DNA from: Octopus sinensis
Lineage: Eukaryota
DNA length: 64,000 nucleotides
Assembly (NCBI RefSeq): GCF_006345805.1
Contig: NC_043000.1
Location: 132,990,001-133,054,000, forward strand
Direction: 5' to 3'
A program made the translations under genes and the position numbers. Every line of letters begins with the position of its first letter. Positions within the stretch are counted from its first letter, which is position 1. Of the stretch, positions 50,608 through 63,840 are shown one piece after another. The notes below the pieces were generated by a model. That model ran no database searches. It was given only the letters and a program-made list of their open reading frames with translations, and was not told the origin of the DNA.

Positions 50608-51012
50608 AAGGCGTAGGAGTGGCTGTGTGGTAAGTAGCTTGCTTACAAACCACATGCTTCTGGGTTCAGTCCCACTGCATGGAACCTTGGGCAAGTGTCT
50701 TCTACTATAGCCTCGAACCGACCAAAGCCTTGTGAGTGGATTTGGTAGACGGAAACTGAAAGAAGTTTGTTGTATATATGTATATATATGTATGTGTGTG
50801 TATATATGTTTGTGTGTCTGTGTTTGTCCCCCCAACATCGCTTGACAACCGATGCTGGTGTGTTTACATCCCCGCAACTTAGTGGTTCGGCAAAAGAGAC
50901 CGATAGAATAAGTACTGGGCTTACAAAGAATAAGTCTTGGGGTCGATTTGTTTGACTAAAGGCGGTGCTCCAGCATGGCCACAGTAAAATGGCTGAAACA
51001 AGTAAAAGAGTA
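50608..51012 (+). mobile_element. SINE family A
   Basis: Full head-to-tail match. Confidence 0.85.
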
Positions 51013-51851
51013 GAAGAGTAACTGGAAATATACATAGATACTATATCTATGATAGTTAACAAAATACAGAAGCAGTCCTTTAAGGTTTCAATGACATTCC
51101 AGACTCTATTAATAATTAAGATTGTGGCTTCACAACTGAAACAGGAACAAACGTTACAAATGATCACAGACACATCTCAAATAATGAAATGAATTAATTC
51201 AATTCTGGGAGATGTGATGCCATTGTTATGCTAATATTGCTGCATGGTTTTTGCATGCTGGCACATGATTGAGTCTATTTAAGGTGGCTACTGGTTCAGT
51301 GTAACAGCTTGGCCTGTCAGTTGAAATGGAACTTCCAAAACATAAAGGATCACATGCGGCTAAAGCTGCATTTGGATAAACACTGTACAACACAATAAAA
51401 AAAAATTAATAAAAAATGGTTTTGTTCCAGCTTTCGGTGCTCAACCGAAACCCTCCCATGAACAGAGCTGGGGTGTGTGGGGGGTGGGTGGGGGGAGTGA
51501 TTAAGAGAGTGAGAAGAGGGAGACAAGGAGAAAAGTTTTTCGATCAATTATTGCATTGAAAAGTGGGATAATCTCCAAAACACCATGGCATTAACTGATT
51601 ACAATAGAAATAGATATATATATTTGTTTGCATGTATGTAAGTAAATATTAGCTTTTTAAATTCTGTTTAGAAAATTTTTGATGATGCCTAAGTTATAAA
51701 ACCACATTTCTAGATACATTTATCAAAACCATGTCTTGAAGATATGGACCCAAAAATATAATGCTGAAATAAGACATCCTTGCCAGAAAAATAAATAAAT
51801 GCATTTCGTGTATGTGTGTGTGTATACATACATACATACATACATACATAC

Positions 51852-51901
<50 letters not shown>

Positions 51902-51903
<2 letters not shown>

Positions 51904-52290
51904 TAGCAGTATTGCCTGGTGTTGCTCGAGTTTGTTTTGACCCTTCAGAATTGGAATTTTTGAAAAGTAAAAATTTTGCATTATGTAGCTTGTTATTCTC
52001 TTTAAGTGAACATTTTTCTGGTTGAAATACACTGACAAATGGCAACACAGCTGTCAAAAAATCGTAAAAAATAGGGATTTTCATAGAAAAAAAGCACCTT
52101 TTTTATGTAAATAATTTTTGGTGTTAACATGGTCCGATTTGAATTTTTTCTTCTACGGAAGGAAGAGCAAGCCTTCTTCTATCATACTCTCAATTTTGGT
52201 CAACTTGCGCCGCAGGGTCTTGGAGGAGATAGTGTTAGTTGAAGGCTACCAAACCTGCCACACACAGACAACTTCAGGTATATATATATA
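51902..52290 (+). mobile_element. Family H1 Helitron-like element within (TA)n
   Basis: Matches 264-653 in reverse; (TA)n on both sides. Confidence 0.7.
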
Positions 52291-52590
52291 TTAAGGCATT
52301 ACTATACATAAATGCCTCATGCTAGGAGGGACTCTTAAAGTCAAAACTACCATAATAACCACATTGTACCAAACGCGAGGGAATGCAACTCTTGAAGTGA
52401 GCCTCCTAAAAACAAACTCAGCTGCATGTCATATGATAGGCACTTATGTATAGTAATGCCCTTAATATAAATAAATATATTTATAGGGAATAATTAATAA
52501 ATTTTTCCCTAATGAGGTTTTTCACGCTAACTACTTAATAAATTCTTATAAAAATTTTATCCTATATTTAAATTTTATATATATATATAT

Positions 52591-52920
52591 GTGGCACGTA
52601 AAAAGCACCATCCACTCGTGGCCATTGCCAGCCTCGCCTGGCCCCCATGCCGGTGGCACGTAAAAAGCACCATCCAATCGTGACCATTGCCAGCCTTGCC
52701 TGGCCCCTGTGCCGGTGGCACATAAAAAGCACCATCTGACCGTGGCCATTTGCCAGTGCCGATGGCATGTAAAAAGCACCCACTACACTCACAGAGTGGT
52801 TGGCGTAGGGAAGGGCATCCAGCTGTAGAAACATTGTCAGATGGGACTGGGCCTGGTGCAGCCTTCTGGCTTCCCAGACCCATGCTAGAATGGTAAGCGA
52901 ACGCTAAATGATGATGATGA
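52591..52920 (+). mobile_element. SINE family B with 62-bp internal tandem subunits
   Basis: GTGGCACGTAAAAAGCACC units start at 52591, 52653 and 52715. Confidence 0.8.
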
Positions 52921-53594
52921 TATATATATACACACTTACACACACACATATATGTGTATGTGTGAGTGTGTGTGTATCATGAATATATAAAAGGCAATTT
53001 TGATAAGATAATAATACCTGACATGGAAATGTTCATTTTAATGACATAATTGATATCATCATCAGGTAAGAGCAGAGATATCGCTACCTGATAAATATAA
53101 CTTCATCCATTAATAAACACTGAGGGTATTGAACTTTTCAGTCGAAGACATTTAGTTTTGTTTCACAAAAGAAATTGGCAGAATATTAATATCTTCATTT
53201 CTTGTCTTATTCCATTGTTTTCTAAGTTAATATCGGTTAGATAGGTCTGAGAATTGAGATGTGATTGACTTTGTCAGCTCTGACTGAAACAGACTCGTTC
53301 AATCATATGTAACTGATATTGCACGCAGTATCAATAGAATAATGCACTAGTGTTAAGTACTGGGGGCAAGTTAATCACCTGATAGAAATCATCATCATCA
53401 ATATCACCACCACCACCGCTACCATGACAATCATCATCATCATTGTTGTTACTATTATCAACATCACTCAAAGCCTTGTGCTTTTCAATGCTTTAATACC
53501 ATCCTGTTTATTCTGGCCGTGCCAAGGAGGCAAACCTTTTGTAACAGTTCTACTGGGCACTCTATTCCAATTTCCTTTACCATTATCATTATTA

Positions 53595-53638
<44 letters not shown>

Positions 53639-53715
53639 TCTTACGTAGGTACCAGGTCATACATTCTTTGTGAGAGGAGCAGTCAATTATATCAACAGCA
53701 GTACTTGATTGATGA

Positions 53716-54030
53716 AGGCGCATGGCTTAGTGGTCAAGGTATTCAGCTCAAGATCATAAGGCCATGAGTTCAATAACTGGTGGTGTGCTGCGTCCTTGAG
53801 CAAGATGCTTTATTTTCATGCTGCTTCAGTTCACTCAGCTGACAAAAAATGAGTAGCACCGGTATTTCAAAGGGTCAGCCCTGTCACATTCTGTGTCATA
53901 CAAAAGCTCCTTGAGGGTACCCTATGTTAAGGGTACATGCATCTGTGGAGTTCTCAGCCTTTTGCACATTAATTTCACAAGTTCGGTGGATTGAATCAAC
54001 TGGGACACTTGTCATAACCAATGGAGTGCC
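53716..54030 (+). mobile_element. OR-like CORE SINE
   Basis: GGCGCATGGCTTAGTGG head and family body. Confidence 0.7.
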
Positions 54031-54334
54031 AGATTTAGAAATTGATTGATATTTTAATTTATCAACCCAAGAAGTATGAAATGTAATTTTAACCTCAGCA
54101 AGATTTGAACACAGAATGTAAAAAGATGCTGCAAAATACACAAGGCATTTTGTCAGATGATCTATTGATTATGTCTGGTGTTCAACTGATGATGATGATG
54201 ATTATGATGAAGATGATGAACTACAGCAACAACATGAAGAAGAAAAATACAAATAAAAAATTTCTTTGAGAGTAGCATAAATATAAAAGCACAGTTAATT
54301 GAATTGATGGGTGTGTGTGTGTGTGAAGTTTTAT

Positions 54335-54762
54335 TTATTCTTTTACTCTTTTACTTGCTTCAGTCATTTGACTATGGCCATGCTGGAGCACCGCCTTTAG
54401 TCGGGGAAATCGACCCCAGGAGTTATTCTTTGTAAGCCTGGTACTTATTCTATCGGCCTCTTTGCTGAACCGCTAAGTTACGGGGACATAAACACACCAG
54501 CATCGGTCGTCAAGCAATGTTGGGGGGACAAACACAGACACACAAACATATACACACACACAAACATATACACACATACATATATATATATATATACAAC
54601 AGGCTTCTTTCAGTTTCCGTCTACCAAATCCACTCAAAAGGCTTTGGTTGGCCCGAGGCTATAGTAGAAGACACTTTGCCCAAGGTGTCACGCAGTGGGA
54701 CTGAACCCGGAACCATGTGGTTCGTAAGCAAGCCACTTACCACACAGCCACTCCTACGCCTA
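54335..54762 (-). mobile_element. SINE family A
   Basis: Full-length reverse match. Confidence 0.85.
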
Positions 54763-55044
54763 CTTTTATTTTATTACATTCTGTAATAAAATTTTAAAAA
54801 GACAGAGAAGATTGATGTGTCATATCCCATGGACAGGAACACATCAATCAAAGAGACAATACTGAAATTGAAGTAGAAAGTTTCACAGATAGGCAGCAAG
54901 ATCATTGTACATGGATACACTAGTGGACTCCTATTGTTACAGGAACTCTAAAAGTTTCTGTAGTTGTTTAGCACCAAGACAGCTTTGATCGATGGGCCCT
55001 ATAATCAAAGATATTGGGAGCCATCAACACCCAGCCTTCTTTCA

Positions 55045-55274
55045 TGTTTCAGTCATTTGACTGCAGCCATGCTGGAGCACCACCATTAGTCGAGCAAATC
55101 GACCCCAGGACTTATTCTTTGTCAGCTTAGTACTTATTCTATTGGTCTCTTTTGCTGAACCACTAAGTTACGGGGACGTAAACACACCAGCATCAGTTGT
55201 CAAGCGATGTTGGGGGAACAAACACAAACACACACACACACATATATATATGTGTGTTTGTGTGTATAAATGTG

Positions 55275-55305
<31 letters not shown>

Positions 55306-55455
55306 TTACACATACATATATACGACGGGCTTCTTTCAGTTTCTGTCTACCAAATCCACTCACAAGGCTTTGGTAGGCCTGAGGCTATAGTAGAAGACAC
55401 TTGCCCAAGGTGCCACGCAGTGGGACTGAACCCAGAACCATGAGGTTGGTAGTTC
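55045..55455 (-). mobile_element. SINE family A
   Basis: Reverse match; a further diverged copy lies at about 55510-55830. Confidence 0.8.
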
Positions 55456-56120
55456 TCCAAACTTCTTTTTTTGTGCTATTAAAATTATTTCGGTCATTGG
55501 ACTGAAGCTAAGCTGTGGCATCGCCTTGAAGGGTTTTAGCCAATCAGATCAATCCCTGTGCTTATTTTCAAAGTCTAGTATTTATTGTTTTAGTTACCTT
55601 TTGCCCATGTTACAGGTATGTAGACAAACCAACACCAGTTGCCAAATGGTAGGAAGACAGATACAGACACCCATACATACACACACACTGGGCTTTCAGT
55701 TTCTGTCTACTAAATCCACTCACAAGGTTTTAGGTGACCTGGAGCTATAGTAAGAAGATAATTGCCAAAGATGCCACACATCTGAACCTGGAAAACATGT
55801 TGCCAGGAAGCAAACTTCTTACTACACACTCATGTCCTTTTAAAAAAAATAAATTATTCTAGTAGGGTGTGATTTGACAGACATTCATGTATTGTTTCTA
55901 GCAGGTTGGGTATAACACTCTTTCACTGAATACAAGACATTTTCACATAAGGAAATATTCTAAGAATCTTTCACATTTTCACCAGCTTGCTTTTGAAAGT
56001 AACCGAAACAGTAAAATATGTACAAAATAAGCACCCATCCAGGTAGTAAAATAATCCTTCAAAATAGCAATCACATCCACAGGAAATTATTGACCATTGG
56101 AGAAACTATAATAGAACTAA

Positions 56121-56756
56121 AACAAGAGCACTCAGAGAGCACAAACCTCTGCCAAAGCAACACCAACATCCTCTCAGCGATTAGCCAGAGATGATTTTTT
56201 AAATGAGAATATCTGAAATAAACTCAATTGCTCTCACAAATGAGAATACTAAAAATGAACCCAACTGCTCTCCGAAATTTAGTAAAAAAAAACCAGAAAA
56301 ATAATCCAGAATCCTTGTCAGGTACCAGATCGATCCCAAAATCTAATCAGTTCGTGCCAGTCATGAGGCCAAACATCCCTGAAAGTTTCATCCAAATCCA
56401 TCCCGCAGTTCTTGAGATATCTTATTTCTTTACTGCCCACAAGGGGCTACACACAGACGGGACAAACAAGGACAGACAAATGGATTAAGTCAATTATATT
56501 GACCCCCAATACATAACTGGTACTTATTTAATCGACACCGAAAGGATGAAAGGCAAAGTTGACCTTGGCAGAATTTGAACTCAGAACGTAGCGGTAGATG
56601 AAATACTGCTAAGCATTTTGCCCAGCGTGCTAACATTTCTGCCAGCTCGCCGCCTTATTCTTAGTTCTTGAGATATCTTGTCCACAGACAAACAAACAAA
56701 CAAACAAATGCAACTGAAAACAATACCTCCACCTTTGCTAAGGCAGAGGTAATAAA
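56121..56756 (-). mobile_element. DINE-1/Pearl-like element interrupted by SINE N
   Basis: Reverse match to 16937-17306. Confidence 0.75.
56424..56662 (-). mobile_element. SINE family N with a 17-bp TSD
   Basis: TSD AGTTCTTGAGATATCTT at 56407-56423 and 56663-56679. Confidence 0.9.
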
Positions 56757-56956
56757 GTATAGACGAACCCTCTTCATTCTTAAATAAATTCTTTTAACAA
56801 CAAATCTCTCAAGGTTTTAATAGTGACCATTCTAGTAGTTTGATCAAGTGAATTTACCTACTCCATATAAGTGGCTGAGTACTCCACAGATTTGTATCCT
56901 TAACGCAATATTCAGGCAAAATCAGCATAACAATGTGTGTGACAAAGCTACCCTTT

Positions 56957-57170
56957 TAACCCTTTAGCATTCATATTATTGCTTAATATAATGCTTGTTC
57001 ATTCACATTGTTTAAATCAATCATGCATTATCTTGTAGCTTCAAGACTTCAAAGATATGATTGTTTATTTTTAGAATTACATTGTAGGGTAAGTGTAAGA
57101 GGTCGGATCTGGCTGGTTTGAACAGAAGACAGATATTTGGCCAGATATGGCCAGTTTAAATGCTAAAGGT
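56957..57170. mobile_element. piggyBac-type MITE P2
   Basis: TTAACCCTTTAGCATT ... AATGCTAAAGG termini. Confidence 0.6.
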
Positions 57171-57339
57171 ACAGTTTATTTTATGGGTTTCTGCACAGTT
57201 TCCACCCCAATCCCAACCCGAATTTTACTCACAAGGTTTAAGTTGATCTGAGGATATGGGGACCTTGGGTTCACCCAAAGCCATGGTAAAAGATATTTGT
57301 TCAAGAAGTCATTGTAGTGGAATCAAATTTGGGAACTTG

Positions 57340-57555
57340 GAGGTGCATGGCTTAGGGGTTAGGGTGATAAACTCATGATCATAAGATTATGGTTTCGATT
57401 CCTGGGCTGGGCAACATGTTGTGTTCTTGAGCAAAGTATTTCATTTTACATTGCTGCAGTCCACTTAGCTGGCAAAAATGAGTAATCCTGAAATGGACTG
57501 GCATCATATCCAGGAAGGGGATATAAATGCCATGAAACCAGCTCTTATGAGTTGG
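57340..57555 (+). mobile_element. OR-like CORE SINE
   Basis: Matches 22148-22390. Confidence 0.65.
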
Positions 57556-58419
57556 TATGACCCAGGAAGGTATTTTTTACCTTTACTTTTTAAACTTGTG
57601 AGAGCATGTTTCTAAAGTAAACTTGTTCACTATATTCAACCATGACTATACCCTGCTAAGTATACATAGATACACAGGCAGAAACACACAAAGATAATGT
57701 AATTAATAATTACGTATATTGTGGGAACCTAGCCAATACCCAAAGATTGATTATAACAATCTGGTATGGTGCAAAGTAAAACAAGACACACTTTCACACA
57801 CACTCACACATGTACAAACACGTACACACACAAACATACGCAAAAAAATATATAAACTGAAAGAAAATATAATAATAATGATAATAATGGTGATGGTGGT
57901 GATGGCAGTGAGGGCAACGACGATGACAACGATGATGATGATGATAACGAATTCAGTCATAATAGAGAGGGCGAAGTTTTTACTCTTTATTTTATCGATT
58001 AGCTCACAGTATAATTGACTAGCCCCTTCGTGAAATACACACAAATATTAAGCTTACATAATCCTAAGTCAAAACATATTGACAAGTGGATATACTTAGA
58101 AAATAGATCTGAGTCGCAATGTTTGTGGTGATCTCAAAGGTCACCACACACACACACACACACACACCCACATACATAATTACATCCATATATCATGTGT
58201 CTGATTGAGTAGTCTACTGACAACTATGATATTGATTATTTTGATTTTTTTTTACATGACACAGAAAGGTCATGAGATTCATTCATTTTGTTTCTATCTC
58301 TTTGTTTGCTTATTTATTTATTTATTTATTCATTTTTGCTTGGTCTGGAAGAAGCAGCTGTGCCTTTGGCCTTCACAGGCCTCCCAGGTAACATGCCATT
58401 AATATTTCACTGAAATAAG

Positions 58420-58625
58420 GTGGTGAGCTGGCAGAGTTGTTAGCATGCCGGACAAAATGCTTTGTAGCATCTTCACACTCAGATGTTCAAATTCTGCCAA
58501 GGTCAGCATTGCCTTTTATCCCTTCAGGGTCAATAAAATAAATACTAGTTGAGTACTGGGGTCAATGTAATCAAGTTACCGTCTCCTCTGAAATTGCTGG
58601 CCTTGGGCCAAAATTTGAAATCGAT
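58420..58625 (+). mobile_element. SINE family N
   Basis: AAGGTGGTGAGCTGGCAGAG head and family body. Confidence 0.7.
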
Positions 58626-58766
58626 ATTTCACTGAAATAGTTACAAGTCAACATCTACAGGAAAGATATGTCAAAGGAGTGAATTCTAGAGGGTTGATGG
58701 GTTGATGCTCTGAGAATCCAAAAGGTTGATGCTGTACCAACCAATACACAGAGCAGCATAGGAGAA

Positions 58767-59082
58767 CATCATCATCATCATTTAACGTCCGTTTTCCATG
58801 CTAGCATGGGTTGGATGGTTCGACCGGGTTCTGGGAAGCCAGGAGTCTGCACCAGGCTTCAGTCTGATCTGGCAGTGTTTCTACAGCTGGATGCCCTTCC
58901 TAACGACAACCACTCCGTGCGTGTAGTGGGTGCTTTTTACGTACCACCGGTACAGGGGCCAGAGGAGGCTGGTAAACGGCCACGATCGGTTGGTGCTTTT
59001 ACGTGTCACTGACATGGACGCCAGTCAGGCGGCGCTGGCATCTGCTACATTCGGATGGTGCTTTTAACGTGTTACTGGCACG
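58767..59082 (-). mobile_element. SINE family B
   Basis: (CAT)n, core and subrepeats. Confidence 0.8.
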
Positions 59083-59547
59083 AACATAAACTAACACAAG
59101 AGTTACTCTGAGAAGGAAGGATGGAACAAATTGGTTGGAGAAAGAGAGGCTGAAAGATTGAATGATGATGGGAGCAGAGATCAGTGAGTGACAAGTGCCA
59201 AGTCTGAGGAATAGAGAGCATTGTAGTAGAGGCAGAAAAGACAGAGAAAGAAAACAGCGCAGTTGTGGGTCAGAGATTGAAGCAACACACTCCAACCTCC
59301 AATTACATCCTTGAAATCTTGAAGCTATGAGATAATGCACGATTGATTCTAAACAATGTGAACAAACAAGTATTATCTCTGACAGAATAATCTGAATGAG
59401 CAAGTGTGTGCCAATTCGTCAAGGGGCCTTTCTTTAGATTCAGTCAAGGATGTTTGTGTGAGTGTATAAAAAAAATAACTGGCTCTCCATCAGTTATAAC
59501 AAGTGTTACAGTTGATCTGACCAATGGAACAGCCTTTTCTTTTCTTC

Positions 59548-59882
59548 TTTTCTTTTACTTGTTTCAGTCATTTGACTGTGGCCATGCCTTGTGAATGGAT
59601 TTGGTAGACGGAAACTGAAAGAAGCCCGTTGTATATATGTGCATATATATATATATACACACATGTGTTTGTATATGTTTGTGTGTCTGTGTTTGTCCCC
59701 TCAACATCGCTTGACAACCAATGCTGGTATGCTTACGTCCCCGTAACTTAGCGGTTCAGTATAAGAGATCAATAGAATAAGTACAAGGCTAACAAAGAAT
59801 AAGTCCTGGGGTTGATTTGCTCAACTGAAGGCGGTGCTCCAGCATGGCCACAGTCAAATGACTGAAACAAGTAAAAGAGTAA
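59548..59882. mobile_element. Rearranged SINE A: inverted tail fragment fused to a forward 3' two-thirds copy
   Basis: About 59550-59588 is the reverse complement of about 59843-59880. Confidence 0.75.
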
Positions 59883-60599
59883 GGTCAGCGAATTAGGGAG
59901 TGGGGGTGATCAAGTTGGTTACATCAACCTCAATTGCTCAGCTGGTACTTATTTGGGTGAAATGCTGCTAAGCGTATTGCCCAGCATACAAACAATTCTA
60001 CCAGCTCACCACCCAAAATTCATGCTGACAAATATGGGAGATTCAAACTCAAATCCCAGAGAATTTAACAACCATGCTACAATATTCAATGTGTTTATAT
60101 TACAAAACTACAGCAGAAAACCAGGTTAGGTTTACGTCATACATGGTTGTTGTTAGCCTTGATTCAGTCTCAACAGACTTGAAATATGTTCAAAGGTGTT
60201 CTGTCCACAACCATCCATCATTTAATCAGTATTTTACCAGGAAAATAAATATATGATGTTTCCTTGATGTCACGGTTAGCACAGCTATATACCTACAACA
60301 GACACGTGGTTCCATTCCCATTGGCGATGTTACAATGTTGATTTCCATCTTCTTTAATATGATATAGATGTACAACCTGGTGAGTTGCATATCAATATGT
60401 TTTTCTAAAGCTACATGCTCTGCAATTCAGAGTATATTAGACGGAGCATATCTTCAATGACGACTTGAAGTAAAAAAAAAAACAAAAGTCACTTAAAAGA
60501 GCACTACAGAACAGACAGAAACATTTTTAAAGAAAAGAAAACATTGAATCACAATAAATAATCTAAATAACGGACAAAATATAAAGTAAACAATCTCCT

Positions 60600-60601
60600 A
60601 A

Positions 60602-60642
<41 letters not shown>

Positions 60643-60735
60643 GAGAGAGAGAGTGAGAGAGAGAGAGGAAGACAGACAAAAATAGAGAGAGAGGTAATAT
60701 ATATATACATATATTATATTCATATATATTCATAT

Positions 60736-60779
<44 letters not shown>

Positions 60780-60860
60780 TTCATATATATATATATATAT
60801 ATATGTATGTATATAATAAATACATATATATATATAGGAAGAATGAGATAGAGAGAGAGC
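60600..60860. repeat. (TA)/(GA) microsatellite cluster
   Basis: Direct reading. Confidence 0.9.
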
Positions 60861-62084
60861 AAAAAAAAAAAAAGAAAGAGTGGGTGTGTGGAAGAGCAGT
60901 CCTCTAATTTTGGGTGTGACTTCTAAGATTTCAGCCATCAAGATGGTTTACTGACATTGCATCCGCAGCCGCCTATTGATGCAGTTCCATCTTCCTGAGG
61001 CTATTAGACAAAGAGGTTGCAGAAATGAAACAATCAACAATGTACTGAGCATTCACTGATGTATGAACTACAAAGGCAACTATCATCAGCAAATGTGAGA
61101 ATCAATAAGTAGATATATATAAATAGATGCACTGACAAGCAACCCTCTAGGCAGTCACTTGCTCTGCTAGAAATATCAACCAAATCTCCTTCAAATTATA
61201 CCCCCTACTGTCTAAAATAAACAAAGGAAGAATAGTCTCATTCTATTCACACTTCAGTAAGAATTCTATTGCCTGTGTGGTCAATCCTCCGTATAACCAA
61301 TGAAAATAAACTTCACAAATTATTCAACAGGAATAGTATATAAAATAGTTATTCTACAATCTCTTCTACAAGAAAGATTATTTTTTTCAGTATAACAATG
61401 GGATTCTTCAACAATAACAAATCAAACAAACCAAAGATTAGATAAATGTGGTTGTTTGAAGCAATGGATTGTGTCCCAGTGCATGAGTAACCACATCATG
61501 TATTGGGCTACTATAATTGATGGAAAACTGTAGCATGATATTTTACATTGGTATAACAGAACATTCATTTAAGAATAGATCGTACTACCACAGATATGCC
61601 AAAAAAAAAATACCAATAAATAAAAAAAAGTGAGTCTGTTCACATTACAATGAAATTTATGTCTAATCAAAAAGTATATTATAGATGTCCTCACATCAAT
61701 AAATAGACAAAAGAACAGAATTAATTGTAATTCATTGACACAGTAGAAAAGGTGATAAATATAGCAAAGGTGGGTGTGTTACACACTTATCCTTTGCTAC
61801 TCATATTACTTACAAATGTCCACTGAAAATCAGTGTATCAAATTTCAAAATACTAGCATAAAACTATGATAAGTACAAACACAAAATATTTACATATGAT
61901 TATCTACTTATAACATCTTTACATATGTTTCAGTGATAATCATAAACTGATCACATAAAATTAATCTTATGCCTTCTTTTTATCACACAATTCTTCAGAA
62001 GTTGCTATGAGATGACTAAATAATTTCAAAGTAGCCTTGTATACATATATGTATATATATATAAACGGAAGTGTACAGTATTAT

Positions 62085-62599
62085 ATGCCGCAAATCCTTG
62101 AATATAATCTGTATTTTTTTCCCAAAATTTAAAGGTCAAAATCCCTAGTGCGTACTATATACGAGGTTAAAAATGAAAATTATTTTCCAAGCAATGTCTG
62201 AGTCTCTATTTACTATCCAGCAATATTTATCCAGACGCATTTTGTGATGCCGGGCGCGAAAATACCTTAAGCTAAGCCTGAAAGCAATGAAGTCATAAAA
62301 GAACCATCTGTAACTTGCAGTAAGCAACATTTATTAAACGTTATTACTGTTATTTCTTTATTTTCCGCAAACAAAATGCACAAAAATGCTACACGTTTGC
62401 ATTATGTTATATATACAACAATAATAAAGGACATTACCATATACAGATTTACAAACCAAGGACGTTATATAGACCTCCTTGACTCAAGTTAGAGAAGGGG
62501 TGCATATTATATACAAGGTTTAGGTTTTTCAGAGGTATCCCCCTAAAAATCCCCTGTGTATTATACTCAAGGGTGGACTTTACTCAAGGATTTACGGTA
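62085..62599. mobile_element. Tc2/pogo-type MITE (reverse copy of 46796-47323)
   Basis: Interior matches 47050-47320 in reverse complement; degenerate TIRs. Confidence 0.75.
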
Positions 62600-62829
62600 T
62601 CCATTATGGTTTTGCACTAGGGGTTCAATGGAGTTGAGATATTCTTTGTAGTTTGGATATGGGATACAGCTATAATGGATATATAACACTATACACTTTG
62701 ATTAACACACCCATTGTACTGACAGATATACAAGTGCAATTTTTCTGACTCGTGGACTCTTAGATGGCTAACATACATGTATATATACATTTACATTCAT
62801 ACATACACTTACATACATGTATACAAATA

Positions 62830-62972
62830 TCATCATCATCATCATCATTGTTTAACGTCCATTCTCTATGCTAGCATGGGTTGGACGGTTCGACCGGGGA
62901 TCTGGGAAGCCAGAAGGCTGCACCAGGCTCCAGTCTGATCTGGCAGTGTTTCTACAGCTGGGTGCCCTTCCT
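62830..62972 (-). mobile_element. SINE family B 3' fragment
   Basis: (CAT)n plus core. Confidence 0.75.
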
Positions 62973-63624
62973 AATATATATATGTATAAGCTTTGCGTAC
63001 CAATTGAAAGAATCTCTTTGTATATGAGTGAGTGTGTGTTTGTGTCTCCATATCTTGATATCACACGATGTCTTTTTATTGCCTGTAAAATGGCACATAA
63101 TAAAAAAAAAACTTTGAACAGTGATGTGGTAAATTTTCAGTTTCAAATGAATGTGTGTGTGTACTCTAGTCTAGACATCACATGTCAGTTGAATATCATC
63201 ATCATCATCATCACCGCCACCACTGCTGCCACTGCCACCATCACCACCACCATCATACAGGTGAGGTTGTTCATTTCCAATCTTCTGACAATGGGAAATA
63301 TCACCTTGCTTGGAATCAAGTGAGGGTTGGCGACAGGAAGGGCATCCAGCCATAGAATATTCTGCTTCAGCATACTCTATCTGATCCATGCAAGCATGGA
63401 AAAGTGGATGTTAATTGGTGAAAATGATGACATATTTATATGCCCATGGGTTTAATTTTCATCCATAAATAAAAACAAGATGTAACTTCTTGTTATATGC
63501 AGAAGCAGACTAATTCTTTATTGCTAATTTGTTGAAACTAATGAGTATGTTATAATGATAAAAGTTCATTGTAGCAAGTAGTGATATCTTTTGCTTTATC
63601 TTTTACTTGTTTCAGACATTAGAC

Positions 63625-63840
63625 CAGTGCTTTTCAAACTTTTTGCTGGAGCGGAACCCCAAGAAAACATTCCACTGGCTCGAGGAACCCCTGTGCAATA
63701 ATTTAATAGTCTTATGCACGCATATCAGCACAGAATTAAAAATTACTGCCAATTTTAGCAGTTTTTTAACTTCTTGCGGAACCCCTGGACTGTACTGGCG
63801 GAACCCTCAGGTTCCAAGGAACCCTGGTTGAAAACCACTG
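63625..63840. mobile_element. hAT (Charlie-like) MITE inserted in a SINE A tail
   Basis: TIRs CAGTGCTTTTCAAAC / GTTGAAAACCACTG; perfect 8-bp TSD CATTAGAC at 63617-63624 and 63841-63848. Confidence 0.9.

Noticed and set aside
51428-51472. Small hairpin TTTCGGT-GCTCA-ACCGAAA enclosed by CCAGCT/AGCTGG
   Set aside because: Short, and it lacks hammerhead, IRE or SECIS consensus; compatible with chance.
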